This document shows positions 54,238-61,250 of a stretch of 61,250 nt of DNA, piece after piece. The DNA is from Candidatus Omnitrophota bacterium (GTDB taxonomy: Bacteria; Omnitrophota; Gorgyraeia; Gygaellales; Profunditerraquicolaceae): NCBI GenBank assembly GCA_016867115.1, contig VGKG01000005.1:1-61250 (forward strand). The letters run 5' to 3'. Within the stretch, counting starts at the first letter, position 1, and each line of letters begins with the position of its first letter. The translations under genes were made by a program, and so were the position numbers. The notes beneath the pieces are model-generated. The model was not told where the DNA came from and ran no database searches. It worked only from the letters and a program-made list of their open reading frames with translations.

Positions 54238-55734
54238 TTATTTCAGCGATCTTAAAGCAAGGTCTGCCGCGTCTTTTCCGGAGACAAGGGCCCCGTGCAT
54301 GCCGCAGCCTGGCCTGGTCCAGGCGCCGGAAAGGAAGAGCCCCCTGACCCGGGTGCTTTGCGCCAGGCGGTTGATGCTCGCCTGGTTCACCGTCTGGGCA
54401 AAGCCGTAAATCGCGCCTTCCGGCAGAGTGCCGAAACGCTGCATAGTCTTAGGGGTGGCGACTTCCATGACCTCGATGGTTTCGCTTAAACCCGGCAGGT
54501 ATTTTTCCAGCCGCCTGATCAGCCGGCCAGCCACCGCAACTTTTTTCTCTGCGTATTCTCTCCCGTTTAAATGCGCCCAGTTGGCGAAATTATCCAGGGA
54601 CATGATCAAGAGGCTCCCCTTGCCCGGCGGGGTGAGGCCGGGGTCAAGCTGCGCATGGTCCACGGCAGAAAAGGCGCTATGTTCATAATCGCCCCGCATA
54701 AAGCGGCCAAAACCCTCGTCATGGTCGTAGCCGGTGCAGACCGAAAGCATGAAATGCTCCATACCCAGGCTCTTTGCCGGGACATTTAAGCCCAGGTATA
54801 TCTGAAGCGCAGAGACTGATTTTTCCATCGCTGCCAGACGCCGGGCATAATCTTTCTTCAGTTCGCCGTCATCGAGCAGAGTGCATAACGTATCTATGGC
54901 ATTGGCATTGGAAATCACTGTGCGGGCCCTGAACTCTTCCCCTTTAGCGGTGACCACCCCGCAGGCGCCGGACCTTGCGGTGACGATCTTTTTTACTTCG
55001 GTATTAAACCTCACCTCGCCCCCCAGCTCTTCTATTCTTTGCGTCATGGCCCTGAATATCCGGATAAAGCCTCCCCTGCAATAAACAGTAGGCTCGAAAT
55101 AATAACCCCTGAAGACGACCAGAAAATAAAATGCCGAAAGGCGGCTGGGAGGCGAGCCGATGAAACGCCAGATCTCGGTAAGGATAGCCGTCAGTTTCTT
55201 ATCGCTGATGTATTTCTTAAGGAAACTTTCGGCAGTAAGGCAGGAGGCCCTGATGATCCCCGGATAAAGGATGGGGGCAAGCGCCAGGTTAAGCCATTCA
55301 GGCAGCTTCGAATCCGCATAGCGGTCAAACTGACGGTAGAGATCTTTAAGGCCGCAAAAGAGCCGGCTCAGCTCTTCTGCCTGATGCGGGAAGCTCTTCT
55401 TTAAATAATCCTTGTAGTGTCCGGGATCAAAGTCTGCGACAAAGTCGTGTTCGGGAAACCTGATGCGGCAGAAATCTTTCAGGGGGATAAACTCAAGGCC
55501 ATTATCCAGGCCGTATTCCTGCAGGAACCGGCGCACCTCACCGCCCTCTGCCAGGGCATCCACGCAGTGCAGGGCGGATTCGAAGGTAAAACCCCGGCGG
55601 GTAAAGGTTGTGCCCAGCCCTCCGGGAAGAGGCTGTTTTTCAAGGACCAGGACCTTCCTGCCTGCAGCTGCCAGCTTGACTGCCGGGACCAGTCCGCCGG
55701 TGCCGGCGCCGATGATTATGCAATCATAAAGCAT
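54238..55734 (-). CDS. Phytoene desaturase (CrtI)-family NAD(P)/FAD-dependent oxidoreductase
   Basis: The dinucleotide fold is YDCIIIGAGTGGLVPAVKLAAAGRKVLVLEKQPLPGG. At 498 aa it has the C-terminal GAWTRPGCGMHG. Confidence 0.8.
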   Translation of the reverse strand: MLYDCIIIGAGTGGLVPAVKLAAAGRKVLVLEKQPLPGGLGTTFTRRGFTFESALHCVDALAEGGEVRRFLQEYGLDNGLEFIPLKDFCRIRFPEHDFVADFDPGHYKDYLKKSFPHQAEELSRLFCGLKDLYRQFDRYADSKLPEWLNLALAPILYPGIIRASCLTAESFLKKYISDKKLTAILTEIWRFIGSPPSRLSAFYFLVVFRGYYFEPTVYCRGGFIRIFRAMTQRIEELGGEVRFNTEVKKIVTARSGACGVVTAKGEEFRARTVISNANAIDTLCTLLDDGELKKDYARRLAAMEKSVSALQIYLGLNVPAKSLGMEHFMLSVCTGYDHDEGFGRFMRGDYEHSAFSAVDHAQLDPGLTPPGKGSLLIMSLDNFANWAHLNGREYAEKKVAVAGRLIRRLEKYLPGLSETIEVMEVATPKTMQRFGTLPEGAIYGFAQTVNQASINRLAQSTRVRGLFLSGAWTRPGCGMHGALVSGKDAADLALRSLK

Positions 55735-55737
55735 AAG

Positions 55738-56574
55738 TTAAAGACCGTCCAGGAACTTAACCGCCTCGGCGATCACCTTTTCCTTTTCCTGGTCAATGGT
55801 GATCATGTGGTAACTGTCTTCCAGCATCACCAGGCTCTTCCTGGAAGAGCCGATCCTTTCGTAAAGGTATTGGGCGTTGCGCGGGCTGGTCATATCGTCT
55901 TCGCGGGCATGAATGATCAGGATGGGGCTCTTCACAGAAGAGAGCACCTGTTTTACTACCTTGGTAAAAAGGTGGTGCTGATAAAGGCAGGCAAGCGGGA
56001 AAAATGGGCTGCCGAAGATAAGGACTTTCTGGTCGAAGTCGCGCGCTTTTGCCTGCTTATAAAATCTCTCGATGTGCGCCCGGGAATATTCATCCTTCAG
56101 GCCGTAAGGCCAGCCTTCCCTGATATTGACGGCATTCCTGATAAAGGGTATGTGCCAGGTCAGATACATAAATACCCTTTTCTTAGGCAGGGCCCAGCCG
56201 TCATAAAACAGGGTGGGGGCAAGGGCGATGATGCCGGAGACCTCATCGGGAAACTCATGGGCAAGCCTGACCGCCATCAAAGCGCCCATAGAGAGGCCGC
56301 CGACATAAACCCGGTCATATTGCTCTTTCAGCCGGTGCAGGTCGCCTGCGCAAAAGGAATATATCTGCTGCCAGGTGACCCTTTTAAGCTCTCCCAGGGA
56401 AGAACAGTGGCGCGGCAGGGTGTTGCAGGCCACGGTGTATCCGGCCCTATTCAGCCCCTTGCCTAAATAACGCATTTCGCTGGGCGTACCGGTGATCCCG
56501 TGGATCAAAAGAACCGCTTTACCGTTTGTGCCGGTAAGCGAAAAATTGTACTTCTTGGAATTCTCCGTTTCCAT
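55738..56574 (-). CDS. Alpha/beta hydrolase (carboxylesterase/thioesterase-like)
   Basis: Has LLIHGITGTPSEMR and the GGLSMGA nucleophile elbow. The likely start is METENSK (56574), which avoids overlap with the upstream KS. Confidence 0.8.
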   Translation of the reverse strand: METENSKKYNFSLTGTNGKAVLLIHGITGTPSEMRYLGKGLNRAGYTVACNTLPRHCSSLGELKRVTWQQIYSFCAGDLHRLKEQYDRVYVGGLSMGALMAVRLAHEFPDEVSGIIALAPTLFYDGWALPKKRVFMYLTWHIPFIRNAVNIREGWPYGLKDEYSRAHIERFYKQAKARDFDQKVLIFGSPFFPLACLYQHHLFTKVVKQVLSSVKSPILIIHAREDDMTSPRNAQYLYERIGSSRKSLVMLEDSYHMITIDQEKEKVIAEAVKFLDGL

Positions 56575-56584
56575 AGGGGTAGTA

Positions 56585-57799
56585 TTATAGCACAAAATTC
56601 TTAAAGATGACCGAGGCGTTATTTCCGCCGAATGCCGAGGCATTATTCATGGCGAACTCTACCTTAAGCCTGCGGCAGGAGTTCGGCACGCAGTCGATGT
56701 CGCAGTCGGGATCAGGGGTCTTGAAATTTATCGTCGGAGGGATACACCCTTCTTTTATCGCCAGGCAGCAGGCGACCGACTCGATCGCAGAAGCAGCGCC
56801 CATAGTATGGCCGAGCATGGATTTGATGGATGAGACCGGGATATCGCGGCAGGCGCTGCCAAAGACCTCTTTCATCGCCAGGCACTCCTCCCGGTCATTA
56901 GCAGGCGTACCTGTGCCGTGGGCGTTGATGTAATCGATATCTCCGGGAACTAACGAAGACTCGCTAAGCGCATTACGGATCGCCCGAGCTATGCCCGGGG
57001 CATGCGGGGCAGTCATGTGATAGGCGTCGCAGCTTATCCCGTAGCCTGCCACTTCGGCCAGAATATCCGCGCCCCTCTTCTGTGCGCGGTCAAGGGATTC
57101 CAGGACTAGGGCCGCAGCGCCCTCGCCGACCATCATCCCTTTCCTGTCCTTGTCGAAGGGCTGGCAGATCTCGGGGGCTACGGCGAAAAGCCGGTTAAAA
57201 CCGGTAAAAGCGATCTTTGAAAAGGCATCCGTTCCTCCGGCAAGCATGACATCCGTCACCCCTGCCCTTATCAGGTCAGCGGCGTATCCGAGGGCGTAAT
57301 TTCCGGCTGCGCAGGCATTAGGAAGGACAAGATTGGGGCCTTTAAGCTTGAACTCTATCCCGACATTGGCAGCCAGCACATTGGCCGGCAGGCGCGGCAG
57401 CCAGACAGGATCGATTGCCTGCTCTCCTTCTTTTACCCAGCGGTAATTGATCCGCTCAAAGACCTGCGTCTCGCCCATCGTCGTGCCGAGGATGACCCCT
57501 GCCTTTTCTTTATCGCCGGCGCTCAGTTTCAAGCCTGCGTCGGAAAACGCAAGGCGGGAAGCGGCTATGGCCAGTGCAGATGCCCGGCCGACCAGTTGCG
57601 CCCTCCTCCTGCTCATAAAGTCCTCGGGGGAAAAATCTTTTATCTCGCCGCCGTTGTGCGTGGGAAAACCGGAGGTATCAAAGGTCTCGACCGGCCGGAT
57701 GCCCGATTTGCCCGCAGTCAGGGCTTTCCAGAAAACGTCCCGGCCTATGCCGATGGAAGAAACTACCCCGACTCCGGTAATAACGACTCTCTTATCCAT
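56585..57799 (-). CDS. Beta-ketoacyl synthase (FabF-like, catalytically complete) of the second cluster
   Basis: PNACAAGNYALG (Cys), INAHGTGTPANDREE (His) and KSMLGHTMGAAS (His) are all present. Confidence 0.88.
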   Translation of the reverse strand: MDKRVVITGVGVVSSIGIGRDVFWKALTAGKSGIRPVETFDTSGFPTHNGGEIKDFSPEDFMSRRRAQLVGRASALAIAASRLAFSDAGLKLSAGDKEKAGVILGTTMGETQVFERINYRWVKEGEQAIDPVWLPRLPANVLAANVGIEFKLKGPNLVLPNACAAGNYALGYAADLIRAGVTDVMLAGGTDAFSKIAFTGFNRLFAVAPEICQPFDKDRKGMMVGEGAAALVLESLDRAQKRGADILAEVAGYGISCDAYHMTAPHAPGIARAIRNALSESSLVPGDIDYINAHGTGTPANDREECLAMKEVFGSACRDIPVSSIKSMLGHTMGAASAIESVACCLAIKEGCIPPTINFKTPDPDCDIDCVPNSCRRLKVEFAMNNASAFGGNNASVIFKNFVL

Positions 57800-58229
57800 T
57801 CTCTCTGGCGCTCAGGCTGATCTCTCCCCGGGCAACGACTTTATCGCCGACGCGCGCTTCGGCGCTCACGATGCCGATATTAGAAAGCATTTTCAATGGC
57901 TCTACCTTGATGATTAACTGGTCGCCAGGTGAAACCGGCTGCAAAAAACGCATCTTCACTGCGCCCAGATAATAGGACATGTTCTTGCCGGATAACCCGG
58001 ACTTACCAGAATAGAAAAGCACGATTGAAGCCTGGGCCATGGCCTCAATGATCAACGCCCCGGGCATGACCGGCCTGCCGGGAAAGTGTCCGGAGAAGAA
58101 CTGCTCGTTAAAACTGACGTTCTTTACCGCCACGGCCTTTTTCCCGGGCTCTAATTCAGTCACCCGGTCGATCATCAGGAAGGGGTAACGCTGCGGCAGT
58201 ATCTCCTGTATCTGTTCGATATTAAGCAT
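57792..58229 (-). CDS. fabZ: 3-hydroxyacyl-ACP dehydratase
   Basis: FFSGHFPGRPVMPGALIIEAMAQ is the diagnostic motif. Confidence 0.92.
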   Translation of the reverse strand: MLNIEQIQEILPQRYPFLMIDRVTELEPGKKAVAVKNVSFNEQFFSGHFPGRPVMPGALIIEAMAQASIVLFYSGKSGLSGKNMSYYLGAVKMRFLQPVSPGDQLIIKVEPLKMLSNIGIVSAEARVGDKVVARGEISLSARENG

Positions 58230-58476
58230 CTTGTCCTTTCTTGTCTAAAAACTCCCGGGCTACGGCTACTGTCTGCCGCAATGTGGTCAGTTGCGTCAGT
58301 TTCTCCTCGGGGATGTGGATGCGATACTTCTTCTCCATCGCCGCCAGGATCTCCAGGGCCATCATGGAATCCACGCCCAGGTCCTCAAAAAACCTGGCGT
58401 CCGGGGTGACCTCCCGAGGTTCCTTCTCAATAATCTCTGCGATAAGATTCCTGATTTCGTTTTCCAGATCCTCCAT
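58222..58476 (-). CDS. Acyl carrier protein (second, cluster-specific)
   Basis: FFEDLGVDSMMALEILAAMEKKY contains the DSM Ser motif. I prefer the ATG at 58476 (AGGAGG 9 nt upstream). Confidence 0.85.
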   Translation of the reverse strand: MEDLENEIRNLIAEIIEKEPREVTPDARFFEDLGVDSMMALEILAAMEKKYRIHIPEEKLTQLTTLRQTVAVAREFLDKKGQDA

Positions 58477-58489
58477 CTTAATATGCCTC

Positions 58490-59236
58490 CTATTGTATGG
58501 ATAACCCTCCGTCAACGATGACTACCTGTCCGGTGATAAAACTTGCCCGGTCGCTGGCCATGAATTCCACTACCCTTGAGACATCATCAGCCGAACCGAA
58601 CCTGGCAAGGGGTATCCTCTTCCTGATCGCCTCGCGGAACTCTTCTTTCAGCGAACCGATCATATCCGTATCGATGAATCCCGGGGCCACGGCATTGACC
58701 CGGATATTGTAAGCGGCTACTTCCCTGGCTAAAGCCTTAGTAAAGCCAATGATGCCGGCCTTGGAGGCGGAATAATTAGTCTGACGGGGCAGGCCCGTCA
58801 CCCCGCTTACCGAGGTGATATTCACGATAGAGCCGCTCTTCTGTTTTAAAAAAGTGACGATGGCGCACCTGGTGGCGTTAAAGGTGCCGTTTAGATTCGT
58901 ATCCACCACCTCAAGCCACTCCTCCCTGGTCATCATCATCAAGGCCTTGTCGCGGGTGATCCCGGCATTATTCACCAGTATATCCAGCTTTCCGAAATCG
59001 TCCTTCACTCTTTCTATAAGCTGTCTGGACTGGTCGAAATCGCGCACATCCGCCTGTAAAGCCAAAACGCGCCTGCCGAGTTTCCCTGCTTCCCGGATCA
59101 ACAGATCTGCTTCCTGGGAACTTTTCAGATAAGTAAAGGCCACATCGCAGCCTGAACGGGCCAGGCGTAAGACTATTGCCCGGCCTATGCCTCTTGTCCC
59201 GCCCGTAACTATCGCGACTTTATCTTCAAGCAGCAT
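58490..59236 (-). CDS. SDR-family 3-oxoacyl-ACP reductase (FabG-like) of the second cluster
   Basis: Has TGGTRGIG, NNAG and YSASKAG. The likely start is MLLEDK at 59236. Confidence 0.88.
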   Translation of the reverse strand: MLLEDKVAIVTGGTRGIGRAIVLRLARSGCDVAFTYLKSSQEADLLIREAGKLGRRVLALQADVRDFDQSRQLIERVKDDFGKLDILVNNAGITRDKALMMMTREEWLEVVDTNLNGTFNATRCAIVTFLKQKSGSIVNITSVSGVTGLPRQTNYSASKAGIIGFTKALAREVAAYNIRVNAVAPGFIDTDMIGSLKEEFREAIRKRIPLARFGSADDVSRVVEFMASDRASFITGQVVIVDGGLSIQ

Positions 59237-60488
59237 TTTTATCCTTCTGGCCCCCGAAATCGGCAATCACAAGGCTTGTGCTGCAACCGCTTAACGAAAC
59301 GGCGTTGACCAGCACATTCTTTACTTGCGTTTCGCGGGCCGTATTGGGCACGCAGTCCAGGTCGCAATCCGCGTCACTCTCTCTGTAATTGACCGTCGCA
59401 GGCACGGTCTGCCGCTCTATCGCGCCTACTGCGGATACTGCCTGCAACGCCGCCGAAGCGCTGAAACATTCTCCGAGCATGGACTTGACGGAACTGGCGG
59501 GTGTCATTTTAGCTTTTGCGCCGAAGACTTCCTTTATCGCTCTTGTCTCCTCGAGGTCTGCCGCCCAGGTGGAGTTCGCCGCGCAGCTGATATAGCTGAT
59601 ATCTCCGGCAGGCATTCCCGAATCCTCAAGCGCCGCAGAGACCGCCTTCTTCAGCCCGTCTGCCCTGGTATAATATTTATTGAGCCGGTAAGGATCAAAG
59701 CCCCTGCCTGAACCGAGGACTTCGGCAAAGATCCGGGCATTCCTTTTCCTGGCATGCGTAAGCTCTTCGAGGCAAAGCACGGCTGCGCCTTCCCCCAGGA
59801 TGACCCCGTTTCTTCTTTTGTCAAAAGGGCAGCTTAATTCCGGAGCGCCTTCTTTTAATCCGGCCAAAAGTCCGCCTTTATAAAAAGCCAGGTAAGTCTG
59901 CAGGCAGAGTTCTTCCACTCCGCCGGCTAAACATGCGTCTATCCTGCCTGACCTGATAGCCTGCGCAGCATAGATCAGGGCATCCAGGCTTGAACAGAAG
60001 CTGTTAGAAACCGAGACATTGAATCCCTGGATATTGAACTTTATAGAGACCTGGCTTGCCGCGGAATTGATCACTGTATTCGGAAAGAGCGCGGGGTTCA
60101 CGTATCCGGGGCCTTCAAGGATCGCTTCCCGGTCAAAACCACTGATGCTGGAGATGCTGCCAAGGCTTGTGCCGACGGCTACTCCTATGCGGCCGCAATT
60201 CTCCTGCGTTACCGCTAAAGAGGCGTCATCCAGGCAGAGTTTTGTCGCCGAGCAGACGAGCCTGGTGCTGCGGTCAAGCGTCCTTAGGCCCTTTTGGCCG
60301 AGGTAATCCTGGGGGTTAAAGCCGCTGATCTCGCCGGCCAGATGCGCCTTCAGGGCCGCCGTATCAAAAAGCGAGACCGGCTTTATGCCGGATACCCCTT
60401 TAAAGAGAGCCTCATAAAAGGCATTCTTACCTATGGCATTAGATGCCAGCACCCCTATCCCCGTGATCGCTACCCTTTTGGCGTTCAT
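59226..60488 (-). CDS. Beta-ketoacyl synthase-like protein lacking both catalytic His (KS partner / chain-length-factor-like)
   Basis: The KS fold is present throughout and the Cys position is retained (SNSFCSSLDAL). The AHGT position reads SCAANST and the GH position reads LGECFSASA. Confidence 0.85.
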   Translation of the reverse strand: MNAKRVAITGIGVLASNAIGKNAFYEALFKGVSGIKPVSLFDTAALKAHLAGEISGFNPQDYLGQKGLRTLDRSTRLVCSATKLCLDDASLAVTQENCGRIGVAVGTSLGSISSISGFDREAILEGPGYVNPALFPNTVINSAASQVSIKFNIQGFNVSVSNSFCSSLDALIYAAQAIRSGRIDACLAGGVEELCLQTYLAFYKGGLLAGLKEGAPELSCPFDKRRNGVILGEGAAVLCLEELTHARKRNARIFAEVLGSGRGFDPYRLNKYYTRADGLKKAVSAALEDSGMPAGDISYISCAANSTWAADLEETRAIKEVFGAKAKMTPASSVKSMLGECFSASAALQAVSAVGAIERQTVPATVNYRESDADCDLDCVPNTARETQVKNVLVNAVSLSGCSTSLVIADFGGQKDKNAA

Positions 60489-60512
60489 CTTCGCTTAAAA
60501 TTAAATATAAAG

Positions 60513-60587
60513 GATTACACAGATTTATTTAGATTACACAGATTGAAGCTTTAATCTGTGTAATCTACCCTTATAATCTGCGTAATC
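60513..60587. repeat. Second GATTACACAGATT nested palindromic element, upstream of the KS-partner gene
   Basis: Arms lie at 60513-60525, 60532-60544, 60553-60565 (inverted) and 60575-60587 (inverted, 1 mismatch). The architecture matches 35594-35672. Confidence 0.85.
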
Positions 60588-60649
60588 AGAACGATCATTT
60601 TTTTAAACAATGAAGTATTATATACCACAAGCACGGCGACTGCAAGGCT

Positions 60650-61250
60650 TTAGCCCACCAGCATCAGGCGCTCGTATTCCGGGAATCTCTTCAGCAATCT
60701 TTCTTTTAAGGCGAGGTTCTCTTTTGCCGTAAGCCTGGTATCGGAAGCGACCAGTTTGACCGCCTCTTCCCGCGCTGCCTTCAATAGATGCATCTGGGTA
60801 AGCGGGTTGGCTATCTTCAATTCGCTGAGGCCATGCTGCCGGCTGCCGAAAAACTCTCCCGGCCCCCGGATCTTTAGGTCCTCTTCGGCGATGCGGAAAC
60901 CGTCATTGAATCTTGTCATCGCCTCGATCCGCGCTTTGGCCTGAGGCGTCTCAAGATCCGATATAAGCAGGCAGAATGATTCAAGGCTTGCCCTGCCGAT
61001 ACGGCCGCGCAGCTGATGCAATTGGCTGAGGCCAAAACGTTCGGCATGCTCTATAATCATGCAGGTAGCGTTCGGTATATCAATGCCCACCTCTAATACC
61101 GTGGTGGAAACCAGGACATCAAGCTCCCTGTCCTTGAACCTCTGCATGGCCTTATCCTGGTCCTCCTGCTTGAGCCTGCCGTGGATGAGCCCTACCCGGT
61201 AATCCCTGAACTCTTTTTTCTCTAGCTCCTCGTACATCTTCTCTGCTCCA
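60650..61250 (-). CDS. recG: ATP-dependent DNA helicase RecG (C-terminal part; the N-terminus lies beyond the right window edge)
   Basis: Has LIHGRLKQEDQDKAM, VSTTVLEVGIDIPNA and the QLHQLRGRIGR motif VI. The frame is open to the window end. Confidence 0.9.
   Translation of the reverse strand, partial: GAEKMYEELEKKEFRDYRVGLIHGRLKQEDQDKAMQRFKDRELDVLVSTTVLEVGIDIPNATCMIIEHAERFGLSQLHQLRGRIGRASLESFCLLISDLETPQAKARIEAMTRFNDGFRIAEEDLKIRGPGEFFGSRQHGLSELKIANPLTQMHLLKAAREEAVKLVASDTRLTAKENLALKERLLKRFPEYERLMLVG

Noticed and set aside
55417-56466. 349-aa plus-strand ORF, along with other long plus-strand ORFs such as 9181-9978, 10432-11064, 44095-44757, 33681-34325, 42783-43415 and 2963-3550
   Set aside because: Each lies entirely antisense to a minus-strand gene with clear family motifs. 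Their products are Arg/Ser/Pro/Leu-rich with no recognisable motifs.

Overview
This is 61.25 kb of bacterial chromosome in which every credible gene (about 70 CDS plus one tRNA) lies on the minus strand. I saw no transposase, integrase, cas gene, CRISPR array or rRNA. In transcription order (right to left) the content is as follows. (1) recG, partial. (2) A second, non-canonical type II FAS/PKS-like cluster: a KS partner lacking both catalytic His, a ketoreductase, an ACP, FabZ, an active KS, an alpha/beta hydrolase and a CrtI-like flavoprotein. (3) rsmD-coaD-yceD-rpmF-plsX-fabH-fabD-fabG-acpP-fabF. (4) leuC-[LolA-like gene]-leuD-leuB-asd-truA. (5) A pilin-like gene next to a CHASE2/HD-GYP sensor, then a polytopic membrane protein. 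(6) rplM-rpsI. (7) A nearly gap-free argCJBDFGH-lysA-dapF-dapA-dapB-dapL-folK-panC-nadX array. (8) A small internally duplicated basic protein, then uvrA. (9) A TPR protein with ExbB, ExbD and a TonB-like protein. (10) An MSHA-type type IV pilus operon: HTH, PilM-PilN fusion, PilO, MshK-like protein, secretin, MshE-type ATPase, PilC and four pilins. (11) tRNA-Ala(CGC). (12) An AmmeMemoRadiSam gene set. The secretin, ExbBD/TonB and LolA-like genes imply a diderm. No taxon can be assigned without a search. The most unusual signals are at the DNA level. Six arrays of exactly four GTGACNNN octamers sit in-frame inside conserved enzymes (dapF twice, lysA, truA, leuC). A roughly 186-bp run of covarying hairpin units is inserted in-frame in rsmD. 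Several families of structured intergenic palindromes recur at operon boundaries. The best gene-level candidate for a new system is the enoyl-reductase-less KS/KS-partner cluster beside the housekeeping fab genes.
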